The translations under genes were made by a program, and so were the position numbers. The notes under the pieces are model-generated. The model was not told the DNA's origin and made no database searches. It worked only from the letters and a program-made list of their open reading frames with translations. From a virus (lineage: Duplodnaviria; Caudoviricetes), in the IMG/VR virus record IMGVR_UViG_3300020171_000005, positions 887 to 64,886 of that record: a stretch of DNA of 64,000 nucleotides, one strand, 5' to 3'. Below are positions 46,376-55,042 of this stretch, one piece after another. The stretch's first letter is position 1. Each line of letters starts with the position of its first letter.

Positions 46376-46615
46376 CTAGTCCTCCTTCCTAATTATTTTT
46401 CTCTCACCATTCGTAGGATTAACATATATTGCCTGTGTCTCAGATAGGAAAACTCGTCTATCTGTATCATCTCGTGCATAGAACACTTCCTCTACAGAAT
46501 CATAGTCTATCGCAACGTCCCAAATATTGACAGGTGGAACTGCAGCTAATCTCACGACCACTAATATACCCCCCTTATCCGCACCTCCACCTCTCCTCAA
46601 AATAAAATGCTGCAC
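46376..46615 (-). CDS. Hypothetical protein
   Basis: GTG start with GAGGAG RBS. Confidence 0.55.
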   Translation of the reverse strand: MQHFILRRGGGADKGGILVVVRLAAVPPVNIWDVAIDYDSVEEVFYARDDTDRRVFLSETQAIYVNPTNGERKIIRKED

Positions 46616-46635
46616 TTATCATAATGTCTCCTCTT

Positions 46636-47091
46636 CTAATACTTCCCTACTACTCTAACCGATGCTGTATTGCCGGGGTTACACCAATAGTAAACAGCCT
46701 CAATTCTCCTGTCCGCTTTAGTGAAATCAAGTGACAGAGTCTCAGCCAGGTTAAGAGTAGCTGGCTTAGCCAGGCCGTTAATAGCTATGAATACAGAGTT
46801 TGGGCCATCATTAACTGCCGTGGCAGTTGCCCAAGGGACATTTGGGTACTGATCCAGTTCTAAACACTGAACAACATCAGTAGCACCAAAAGTCCTTGGG
46901 TCCAGCTCTCCCTCAAACTCTTCCTTCTCAAGAGACTTCCGTATTTTGGTTAGCTGCCCCAGTGTGGCAAGCTGGGTAATCGCCTGGATCACATCCGGGC
47001 GAACTATCTCCTTACCATCCTCAATGACTCTTATCTGAGGGATGGCAAGTTGCTTGCCCAGTTCACTCGGGTTGATTATGGTCTTATCCGT
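46636..47091 (-). CDS. Beta-sandwich putative virion protein (start uncertain: ACG at 47091 or GTG at 46992)
   Basis: NDGPNSVFIAIN...L...ETL jelly-roll-like; frame open back to 47091 with GGAGG upstream. Confidence 0.6.
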   Translation of the reverse strand, partial: TDKTIINPSELGKQLAIPQIRVIEDGKEIVRPDVIQAITQLATLGQLTKIRKSLEKEEFEGELDPRTFGATDVVQCLELDQYPNVPWATATAVNDGPNSVFIAINGLAKPATLNLAETLSLDFTKADRRIEAVYYWCNPGNTASVRVVGKY

Positions 47092-47371
47092 TTTTCACAG
47101 CCTCCCTATGTACTACGACTTTAGTAGGCAACCCCTCTGAACTCCACTCAATCTCCCAACTCTCTTCATTTTGATAGGTAGCCAAGGGGGCCTGCCGCTG
47201 GACTATATCTGTTTCTGTTTCCTCAACCCCAGTGAAAAATTGATGGGGAGTCGGAAGAGAAAGGAACCCAAGTGACTGCTGTTGAGGCCAATATATCCCT
47301 AGGAACCGAGGCAATGGAGGCCCTTCCCATGGTAACATCGGTAGTAAATCGGCTATATTGAACTGCATCAT
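47084..47371 (-). CDS. Protein with N-terminal PWEGPPLPR...WP motif
   Basis: DLLPMLPWEGPPLPRFLGIYWP; C-terminal YQNEESWEIEW. Confidence 0.7.
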   Translation of the reverse strand: MMQFNIADLLPMLPWEGPPLPRFLGIYWPQQQSLGFLSLPTPHQFFTGVEETETDIVQRQAPLATYQNEESWEIEWSSEGLPTKVVVHREAVKNG

Positions 47372-47631
47372 TTACCCCCAGCCACAATCCTCCTCATCAG
47401 GTCAAAGAACTCAGGATTTTTCTCCAACTCATCAGGTATGTTATCCAACGGTACCGCATTGGGATACCTCTTTGCTTTCGTACTCAAGTTCACCAAAATA
47501 GGTCTTGAGCCATGTCCACCTTCTAGCCTCTTGACTTCCTGGTATCTCCTGAAGGCTTCAGCAGCGGCTGCCCGATCACCCCGGCGTAGAGCTTCCTGAT
47601 ACTTTTGCCATTCCTCTTTTGAGCTAGCCAA
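47368..47631 (-). CDS. Hypothetical protein
   Basis: Coupled ORF with RBS. Confidence 0.6.
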   Translation of the reverse strand: MASSKEEWQKYQEALRRGDRAAAAEAFRRYQEVKRLEGGHGSRPILVNLSTKAKRYPNAVPLDNIPDELEKNPEFFDLMRRIVAGGK

Positions 47632-47635
47632 TTCT

Positions 47636-49642
47636 TCACTCCTCCTTCATCATCAAAGCTAAATCTGGTATCCCAGAGTAGTAAGCGCCAAAGTCAAAGA
47701 CATATTTCTTTCCGTTTCTTAATTGAAATGGGAATTGATACCGGGCAATCGTCGGGGCATAGCCGTCCTCCCATGGGCCAGCTGCGGTAATAGACAGGTC
47801 ATTTACGGTCTCCGGCACGAGCTCCCCCCACTCCCAGATATAATACAGTGGCTGCAGGACTGGCATATAAGGTAAAGCACCTCCGGCTCCACAGACTGCT
47901 CTCCATTGCGTCGCCCCAGCGGGAGCGTTAATAACCCTCAATTGGAATCCGGGTGTAACTATGCTCACGGTCTTGAAAGTCCTATCTACTCCGTAATCGT
48001 CGCCAAGGGTAGTGTGAGCCACCGCCCTGAAATGATACGTTGTATTGGGCTGCAGCCCAGTGAGTTTGGCTGTAAACTCCTGACCAGAATGTAAATAGAT
48101 ATAAGTAGTTTTAGAGCCATAGCTGGTAGTTTTACCCCACTCGAAATGGCAACGCGCCTCATCATGGCTACCAGCGCTGACAAGTCTACCATTAAGGTCG
48201 GCACTATCCCCACCAATACTGGTTGCAGGTAGGGTCTCAACGGTAGGGGCTTCGTAAGCAGCTTCCTTGAAATGAGCTGTAATTAGTCTATGCTCCGTCA
48301 TGGGATAAACCGGTGCAGTTATCTTAGTCGTATCCGTCATCTCCCCTGACCACCGGTCGAAAGCATAGCCCGCATAAGGGTGGGCAGTAACATAGACAGT
48401 GGTGCCACGGGGGAATTGCCAGTTATGCTGTATTCCGCCCGAAGGTGCAGGGTCAGTAGTTACATAGCCAGACCCAGCAGGGTCAATTTTGACCTGAAGA
48501 GTCTCTAGTACCTCTTCGACGACATAATAGACGTCATCCCATTCACCCTCTTTAATGAGATCCCCAGAAACATATATCTGGACTCCGACGTCTCTCCTGT
48601 CTATGGTGCCGGCAACGGCGATGTCATAGAAGCTGTCGACCGTTGCTGTTATACCAGGAGATATGATAAAGTCTGCAGTTTTGGTAGTCAGCAGTGTGCC
48701 ATGAGTCGCGTAAATACTCCCCTCATAAATTAAGACCTTGATGGTGATTGATTGTTGCTTGGTGCATTTGGAAGTCACATTAAAGATGATTTTTACCGTA
48801 TCTCCAGGTTTTGCTTGAGAAGGTGATGCTGTCGGCTGGGTGAGGTCGAAATCGATTACCTCCTCTGGAGCCTTCACATAGTAGACGTCGTCCCACTCAC
48901 TATCCTTTACCATCTGACCGCCGACATAGACTTCAACCTCAACATCTCGCCGGTCTATAGTACCGGCTACGGTGGTATGGGAGAAGTTGAACGTCTTAGT
49001 CTCCCCAGGAGCGATAGCCGTAGCAGGCGAAGTGTACTGTGCCAGCTTGGCACCATGACCGGGCATAAGGCTGCCCTCGTAGATAATGCACTTGACTGTG
49101 ATGTTATAGGACTCAGTGGACTCTGATGTCACCGGGCACATGATTTTAATGACCGTACCCGGACTAACAGGGCTGGCCAGGCTGATTGTCGGTCTAGTTA
49201 AACTGAAACCAAGCTCTTCCTCTGGCACCTCACCGGCAACAATGAAGGTCGTCTTCTCGCTGGCTATTGGGGGGAAAGGTGGCAGCACTATGCTGTCCAA
49301 GCTGTACGTTGGCCCAAGGTAAACCGCTACTTCGAGGATAAACTCCCCCTCACGGTCGAAGCCTTTAGGGAACTTAATCTCGAAGTTACCACCAAAAACG
49401 GTAGCCCCCTCACTTATTGTGGGCCCACCAATTATTGGGATTATCTCCTCCCACCAGCTTTCGGGATAGGTGACCTTAGCTTGCACCCAGACTGGTGCTA
49501 AGAATAGTAGTCCAAATAATTCTACCTTACCTTTTACAGTGAAAGGCTCTTTCAGTCTTGGTGCTTCAGGTGTGTAGGTTATATCCTCCAGGGAGAAAAG
49601 CATATCGCCTGATATTTGAGGGAGTTTAGTCGGTTGTTGCAT
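47636..49642 (-). CDS. Multi-domain Ig-like / InlB-B-repeat / FN3 surface protein
   Basis: Two repeats (IYEGS...HG...GTIDRRDV...EWDDVYYV); A.P..GY.FDRWSG; LTGLQPNTTYHFRAVA FN3. Confidence 0.75.
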   Translation of the reverse strand: MQQPTKLPQISGDMLFSLEDITYTPEAPRLKEPFTVKGKVELFGLLFLAPVWVQAKVTYPESWWEEIIPIIGGPTISEGATVFGGNFEIKFPKGFDREGEFILEVAVYLGPTYSLDSIVLPPFPPIASEKTTFIVAGEVPEEELGFSLTRPTISLASPVSPGTVIKIMCPVTSESTESYNITVKCIIYEGSLMPGHGAKLAQYTSPATAIAPGETKTFNFSHTTVAGTIDRRDVEVEVYVGGQMVKDSEWDDVYYVKAPEEVIDFDLTQPTASPSQAKPGDTVKIIFNVTSKCTKQQSITIKVLIYEGSIYATHGTLLTTKTADFIISPGITATVDSFYDIAVAGTIDRRDVGVQIYVSGDLIKEGEWDDVYYVVEEVLETLQVKIDPAGSGYVTTDPAPSGGIQHNWQFPRGTTVYVTAHPYAGYAFDRWSGEMTDTTKITAPVYPMTEHRLITAHFKEAAYEAPTVETLPATSIGGDSADLNGRLVSAGSHDEARCHFEWGKTTSYGSKTTYIYLHSGQEFTAKLTGLQPNTTYHFRAVAHTTLGDDYGVDRTFKTVSIVTPGFQLRVINAPAGATQWRAVCGAGGALPYMPVLQPLYYIWEWGELVPETVNDLSITAAGPWEDGYAPTIARYQFPFQLRNGKKYVFDFGAYYSGIPDLALMMKEE

Positions 49643-49671
49643 TTCAGTTAACCTCCCGCCTAGAACATTAT

Positions 49672-50007
49672 CTACCTCTTCACAAAGCTATATAATAGAG
49701 CTAGACCGTTTGAAGGTATCTTCTTATCCTCCTCAATGAACCTATCTAGCTCCCCAGGAGTTAGTATTTTCCTTAATTCTGCGTAGTGCAGGTCGGATAT
49801 CTGTCCAGCAAGCAAAGAGCCAACATAAGGAACAATACTGAGTACCCCACTAAGATCAGTAGCCACAGCGTGCTTAACCGCCTTCTTACGACGGTCGTCC
49901 ACACTAGGCAGGCGCATTATGGGAGTTTCTATCCTCGGTAGGTTAATCCCTCCAAAAGGAGTAGGAAGTCCTCTAGCCGGAAGAATCTGCCTAATCCCTC
50001 CAAACAT
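49672..50007 (-). CDS. Hypothetical protein, possibly membrane-associated
   Basis: LSIVPYVGSLLAG segment. Confidence 0.6.
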   Translation of the reverse strand: MFGGIRQILPARGLPTPFGGINLPRIETPIMRLPSVDDRRKKAVKHAVATDLSGVLSIVPYVGSLLAGQISDLHYAELRKILTPGELDRFIEEDKKIPSNGLALLYSFVKR

Positions 50008-50360
50008 TATTTACCTCCTTCAAGAGCACTCAAAAAACTCTCAAGTGAGTTAGCTTTACTTAGCAACTTATTAAGGGTCTCATTATCAGGTAGCTTTTCC
50101 AACATAGGGAGGGCACTGGCCAACCTATCAAGGGTTTTTGCATCAGGGACCTTCTTCAAGAGCCTCTCCATGTTCTTGATGTTCCCATCACCTAGTAGCT
50201 TTTCTAACTGGGGGATAAAAGGGACCAGGCTATTGATAGTAGTATTCAGTTGCTGAAGAGTACTATCACTGGGAAGTTTCTCAGCTAGTTCCAGGAACTT
50301 TTTAATATTACTTGGCCCAGACTGAACCACATCTTTAAGTAAATCTTGCAGAGCGCCCAT
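50007..50360 (-). CDS. Helical repeat protein (DUF1641-like)
   Basis: Three EKLP(S/D)..TL..L repeats. Confidence 0.6.
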   Translation of the reverse strand: MGALQDLLKDVVQSGPSNIKKFLELAEKLPSDSTLQQLNTTINSLVPFIPQLEKLLGDGNIKNMERLLKKVPDAKTLDRLASALPMLEKLPDNETLNKLLSKANSLESFLSALEGGK

Positions 50361-50380
50361 ATCAGTTCACCTCTTACCTA

Positions 50381-51328
50381 TTATATTATATCCTCTTTAT
50401 TGTCCTTTGTCAAGGTTAACATATTTATAATCGTTTCGTGGATAAAGTCCTTAGTAACCAAAGGGTGATCCTTCAAGTGGCTAGGAAATGAATCTCCCAG
50501 AAGGTAAGGCTTAAAGGCAGATACCATCTTGGTAACCAGAGCTTCTATAGGAGTCTCATGGAAGCCCTCTAGTTGAATTCTGAACCTAACCATTATGAAC
50601 TCACCAATCCAGTCAGCCAACTGCCTCAGAGTAGGGGGATTTGGATTGGTAAGCCAGTAAGTACCTGCCGTATGGGGCCTAGCTATCTCGTTAACAACCT
50701 GTTCCACCATAACCAAGTTAAGATAACCCTCAGGATCACCCCTTATCCTGAATACAGGTTCTACAACAGGTAACCTAAGAGTCCCCTCAACCTTGCGGCG
50801 AATGACCTCTGCTCTCCCATGTACTTTTATGAGAATTGAAATGAATTGGGAAAAATGACCTGGGTAAGGATTTTCCCTTGTCCCCATAACGATAGATGGC
50901 TTGAAGATTACAATCTTGGGTATGCCAGAGCTACTCACCATCTTATCACATTCGATCTTTGACTTTTCGTAAACATTTCTGCCATCATCCACGGTATAGG
51001 CCGTAGAACAGAAGTAAAGTTGATTTATCTCATGTTTACAACAAAAGGCTATAACGCTCTTGGTTCCAGCAACGTTAGTCTTCCAGATGTTACCATTCTT
51101 GTCCCTACCAAGATGATGGACGGCAGCCAGGTGGTAGACTCTATCTATCCCACGTGGGGCTACCTCGAGGCCAAGGTTAGGTTCAGTAATGTCTCCCACG
51201 AGTGGGATAACATTTTTAGAGGGATGTGGGGGATGCCTCGAGAGGGCATAAACTGTGTTACAGGCAGCTAACTTGGGCAGTAGGACTTTCCCGATGAACC
51301 CACTAGCGCCCGTCAATAAAATCTTCAT
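50381..51328 (-). CDS. Extended SDR / fatty-acyl(thioester) reductase-like (NAD_binding_4)
   Basis: LTGASGFIG, GDITEPNLGL, HLAA, STAY, YEKSK, KPSIVMG. Confidence 0.85.
   Translation of the reverse strand: MKILLTGASGFIGKVLLPKLAACNTVYALSRHPPHPSKNVIPLVGDITEPNLGLEVAPRGIDRVYHLAAVHHLGRDKNGNIWKTNVAGTKSVIAFCCKHEINQLYFCSTAYTVDDGRNVYEKSKIECDKMVSSSGIPKIVIFKPSIVMGTRENPYPGHFSQFISILIKVHGRAEVIRRKVEGTLRLPVVEPVFRIRGDPEGYLNLVMVEQVVNEIARPHTAGTYWLTNPNPPTLRQLADWIGEFIMVRFRIQLEGFHETPIEALVTKMVSAFKPYLLGDSFPSHLKDHPLVTKDFIHETIINMLTLTKDNKEDII
50385..50413 (-). promoter_or_regulatory. sigma70-type promoter inside the 3' end of the SDR gene
   Basis: TTGACA-17-TATAAT. Confidence 0.7.
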
Positions 51329-51384
51329 AATTTCTTCCTTATCCCAATAGCCTTCATTGCTTCTATGTTACTAGCATCTTCATC

Positions 51385-51741
51385 TTACCCCTCCCCCTTG
51401 AGGATACCCTCAAGTAGGGTTACTACTCTCATTCTTTCTGCTCTACTCTCAAATGAGGTTGTCCCTACTGTACGTCCTTTATCTTCTCTAATCACCTTAA
51501 TCTGCCCCCTACCAGTAGAAGACTCCTTCCAGACTATTCTCCACGGCCAGACCATCTTGCTCCCAGTAGACACAATCTCCCTTCTACGCCTCTTAGGAAG
51601 ACCCTCTTCTTCCTCTCCCCTCGGGAAGAACTTCGGAGGAGTAGGAGGTCTAATAACTCTGAAGAGCCTACGCATTACTTCATCTGGGCTGGGAGGAAAC
51701 TTAGGCATCGGCCACCTCCAGCCTATCAGTCTGAATCTCAA
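51385..51741 (-). CDS. Basic Pro/Arg-rich hypothetical protein
   Basis: Likely start MPKFPPSP after GGAGG. Confidence 0.55.
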   Translation of the reverse strand: MRFRLIGWRWPMPKFPPSPDEVMRRLFRVIRPPTPPKFFPRGEEEEGLPKRRRREIVSTGSKMVWPWRIVWKESSTGRGQIKVIREDKGRTVGTTSFESRAERMRVVTLLEGILKGEG

Positions 51742-52045
51742 AGGGAACTAACCCCAACTTGATGGAAACTTGAAGGGGCTTCTCGTCAAAGGTTACTGAC
51801 CAACAATCAGTACCGAAAGGACCAATGTGATCAGTGGCCTCTCGATAGTTCCCATCTGAACCCACATAAACTCCATATAGGAGAGGAAGAGGAAGCCCGT
51901 TACGTACTTGGAACTTAAAAGTACTTCCTTCCCAAGAATGAGCCCCATAAAAACGTAAGATTGGCTGGGGAGGGCGAGCTAAGAACTCCGCTATCTTATC
52001 CCCAATGGACCTGGGAACGTCATTCTCAATGATGTTTATTATCAC
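51701..52045 (-). CDS. Hypothetical beta-rich protein
   Basis: Coupled ORF. Confidence 0.55.
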   Translation of the reverse strand: MIINIIENDVPRSIGDKIAEFLARPPQPILRFYGAHSWEGSTFKFQVRNGLPLPLLYGVYVGSDGNYREATDHIGPFGTDCWSVTFDEKPLQVSIKLGLVPFEIQTDRLEVADA

Positions 52046-52253
52046 TTTAGACCTCTAGTACATTCCTGACATAGTCTTATCTTCCCCATCTTGACAACCT
52101 GTTCTCCAGCTCTCAGTTCCCTTCCACATCCACTACATCTCCACTTTGAACCCCCAGGAACTGTTACTACTTTCACGGCCATCTTTTTCATAATCCCCTT
52201 TGGGATAGGGGGGAAGGGGAACCTTGTTGGTAAAAAGTCATCTTTACTTGGCA
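52042..52253 (-). CDS. Small zinc-finger protein with Pro-rich N-terminus
   Basis: MPSKDDFLPTRFPFPPIPKG...CSGCG...LCQEC. Confidence 0.6.
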
Positions 52254-52592
52254 TCACCAATTCCCCCTCAGTAGTTCCTTCGGCCATGTAAAGGGTGGAT
52301 AACTCGCCGGCGGTAACCAAATGGTACACCAGCCTCGAGGTGAGATCCTTCCTCCAACTACTGAACAGGCGTTGGGGTCCCTCCAAAACCTACATTTCTT
52401 ACACTTGTAGTCCCAGAATACAGGAGGTGGGGAGAAGGGTAGATAACCTACTTGGAGTTTAGTGAACTTCCCCTCAGTAATCGCTCTCGAGGTTATCTTA
52501 TCCACCCAGGGTTGTAGGACTCCAGGCTTAAAGGTGGAATTGGCAGCTGCCTTACTAACCGAACTGACTAACATCGAAACAGCATTCATCAT
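52254..52592 (-). CDS. High-potential iron-sulfur protein (HiPIP)-like
   Basis: KCKKCRFW....ACSVVGGRISPRGWCTIW matches the HiPIP Cys/GWC pattern. Confidence 0.7.
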   Translation of the reverse strand: MMNAVSMLVSSVSKAAANSTFKPGVLQPWVDKITSRAITEGKFTKLQVGYLPFSPPPVFWDYKCKKCRFWRDPNACSVVGGRISPRGWCTIWLPPASYPPFTWPKELLRGNW

Positions 52593-52603
52593 GTTACCAC
52601 CCC

Positions 52604-52864
52604 CTAAATATGATCCTCCCAGGTATATGGCCAGCCCTCAAACATATACTCTTTAGGAATGGGCTCTCCGGCTATAAGACATGAAGCACTTATCTTGGAC
52701 TTTTCATAAAACCTACCAACCTTAGTTACCACCCCAGGTTCCTTTCCCTTCGTCCACTCAGGCCACATTATAAAATAGCGATGGGGCAAAGGAGGACCCA
52801 TGTCTGGGGGCAGGGGAGTCCAACCATATAGCTTTCCAGCCAAATTCCTTCTAAAGTCTCCCAT
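52604..52864 (-). CDS. Protein with GPPLP...WP motif
   Basis: WTPLPPDMGPPLPHRYFIMWP. Confidence 0.65.
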   Translation of the reverse strand: MGDFRRNLAGKLYGWTPLPPDMGPPLPHRYFIMWPEWTKGKEPGVVTKVGRFYEKSKISASCLIAGEPIPKEYMFEGWPYTWEDHI

Positions 52865-52875
52865 TATTCACCTCC

Positions 52876-53094
52876 CTATTCTGGCTTTGCTCTTCTAAAC
52901 CAGAACTGATTAACATTTCCTGCCCAGTTAATCAAGGCCCCTAGAAGTACATTGGCGCCTGCTGAAGCCAAGACGTCCACAGCTTGTAACTCCGTGCAGG
53001 CCCTGTATGTTATCCATACGCAGAAGACTGCCCACCCGACAGTTACACTCAGAACAAAGAAAGAATATGCCTGCTTGAACTTTTCGTCATTCAT
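52876..53094 (-). CDS. Small 2-TM membrane protein
   Basis: Two hydrophobic helices; start MNDEKF. Confidence 0.65.
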   Translation of the reverse strand: MNDEKFKQAYSFFVLSVTVGWAVFCVWITYRACTELQAVDVLASAGANVLLGALINWAGNVNQFWFRRAKPE

Positions 53095-53095
53095 G

Positions 53096-53992
53096 TTAAC
53101 TCCCCACCGCTTGCCCAATTACTAAAAGTATGGGGTAGCACGCACCGGTGACGACAAACCAAGGAGCGAACTTATCAAATGACCCCTTGAGCATGACTAA
53201 CAGCCCCATGAAGATAGGTACTAGTAGGAAAGTAATTCCGGTAAGCGGATGGAATATATCCACCGTAATCAAAAATACCTGATAAGTATACATCAGGGCA
53301 AACCAAATTCCAAGATAAGCACTCAGGTCGAACTTGTATTCCCACACTTTGTAAGCTATGCTTTTAACACCTTTCTTCAAATTTGCTTCAGCATCTGGCC
53401 ACTCATCTAACGCTAACCCCAAAAAGGATAATATGATTGCGATAGGGATACTGGCTATCAAGCCATCTACCCATGGAGGTGATCCACTTACTGAGAACAT
53501 CCCAAGGAGTACTGATATAGGTCCAACGCCCATTCCCAGAGCTAATTCATGAGTGTAATTGAACTTGGCCTTGGAATACCAAAAAGTCACTAACATCCCA
53601 AGAAAAGCCAGCAGAATAACCCAAGGGGAAACCATAACCGACAACATAATAATAGGAATAAGTGCGATAACATACCACCCGATAGCGTTATATAGGACCT
53701 CCCTAGAGGAGACCACTCCCTGGGCTATAAGACTCTGTCCACCTGTATATGACTTCTCGGCACTGCGTTGGTCCACTTCCCCTTTATCCACCCCCGTCCA
53801 CTCGTAATCGAGGTACGAGTTGAAAGAGTGGCCACCAGCCATTATGAGAAGGCCGGCTATAAGGCCCAGCCAGGGGTAGAGGGTTGATAGGTCACCTCCA
53901 GCCAGGATTACCCCCATCATGATACTGGCCCCAAAGAAAGGTATAGCAAATGGCCTAGGTAAAGTCCACAAGTGGATCTTTAGTTTATTCAT
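53096..53992 (-). CDS. UbiA/MenA-family prenyltransferase
   Basis: Polytopic; FNSYLDYEWTGVD (NxxxD), WYS, LDEWPDAEANLKKGVKSIA second acidic motif. Confidence 0.85.
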   Translation of the reverse strand: MNKLKIHLWTLPRPFAIPFFGASIMMGVILAGGDLSTLYPWLGLIAGLLIMAGGHSFNSYLDYEWTGVDKGEVDQRSAEKSYTGGQSLIAQGVVSSREVLYNAIGWYVIALIPIIMLSVMVSPWVILLAFLGMLVTFWYSKAKFNYTHELALGMGVGPISVLLGMFSVSGSPPWVDGLIASIPIAIILSFLGLALDEWPDAEANLKKGVKSIAYKVWEYKFDLSAYLGIWFALMYTYQVFLITVDIFHPLTGITFLLVPIFMGLLVMLKGSFDKFAPWFVVTGACYPILLVIGQAVGS

Positions 53993-54002
53993 GTCTTACC
54001 TC

Positions 54003-54731
54003 CTACTCTTTATTATATTCCTTTAGAAACTCCATGAGATAGCCCCTAGACAATTCATCTATTCCCCCCTCCACCCCGAATAATTGACCCATCTCTAGTA
54101 CATCCTTAACATACTGTACTGAACCTACAACATAGGGCCTAACTACTCTCAATAAAACCGCAAATCTCATTCCCCGTCTAATGGCATCCAACTCATGCAA
54201 AACTGGAGTAGGGATTCTTGCCTCTTCTCGGTCTTGCACAAAATGGCCAAGTTCATGACATAACCTAATCCTAAGTCTAGTCAAGCTAGGAGGATTGGTC
54301 AGAGCTATATCTATGCCCCCACTCTTACCTCGACCCCATGGTCTAGCTTGATACATACTTTGGTCAGAAAAATAGGGCATGTAAGGTAAGTTCAAGTCAG
54401 GGGGTCTACCTGGGGCCCAACCTTGAGACCAACCCCTTCTGGTTTTAGGGGGGTTCCATAGGATTACCCTGACCTCCATTGGACTTCCAAAGTTATTCAC
54501 CAACCCGCTGGCTTCATTAGTAGCTAGTGTCGAGAGAAAAGGGTCTATCCACGGGATACCTAATCTCTCTCTAGTTTTTCTGTCCAAAGTCCTTTTAGAG
54601 CTAAGTTGATTATACTGCTCAAAGGTAATCCTCTCAGAAAGATAATCATTCCTAAGACTTGCAGACTCATTAAGATAGGCCTTCAGTTCAGGATCCATCT
54701 TAACATCAGGGACCATCTTGGCTCTAGGCAT
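54003..54731 (-). CDS. Zincin-type (HExxH) metallopeptidase-like protein
   Basis: LCHELGHF...HELDA. Confidence 0.6.
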   Translation of the reverse strand: MPRAKMVPDVKMDPELKAYLNESASLRNDYLSERITFEQYNQLSSKRTLDRKTRERLGIPWIDPFLSTLATNEASGLVNNFGSPMEVRVILWNPPKTRRGWSQGWAPGRPPDLNLPYMPYFSDQSMYQARPWGRGKSGGIDIALTNPPSLTRLRIRLCHELGHFVQDREEARIPTPVLHELDAIRRGMRFAVLLRVVRPYVVGSVQYVKDVLEMGQLFGVEGGIDELSRGYLMEFLKEYNKE

Positions 54732-54742
54732 CTACTCACCCC

Positions 54743-55042
54743 CTAATGCCATCTCAAGTCTTTTAACATCGTCTGGATGTTTAACATGTGCCTGTGTTCA
54801 TCTTCTGCCATTGACTGCAACGTGGCAGCTATATCCGGCCTACCGATATTATAGGAATCATCAGCCAGCCGGGAGTAATCCTTGAAGGCCGTCTGTTCGT
54901 CCTCAACGTACGGAGTTAGTTTCCTGTTCAACTCCAACTCCTCGATTGGGGTACTTCTGTGTATGCCTGGAGTAAATATCCCAGACCCTCTCCCCAAGGT
55001 AAAGGGGATCTTAGGTGGGAACTCCGGTAGCTTTGGCATCAT
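54743..55042 (-). CDS. Ferritin/rubrerythrin-like four-helix protein with Pro-rich N-terminus
   Basis: EDEQTAFKDY...LQSMAEDEHRH (ExxH). Confidence 0.7.
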   Translation of the reverse strand: MMPKLPEFPPKIPFTLGRGSGIFTPGIHRSTPIEELELNRKLTPYVEDEQTAFKDYSRLADDSYNIGRPDIAATLQSMAEDEHRHMLNIQTMLKDLRWH

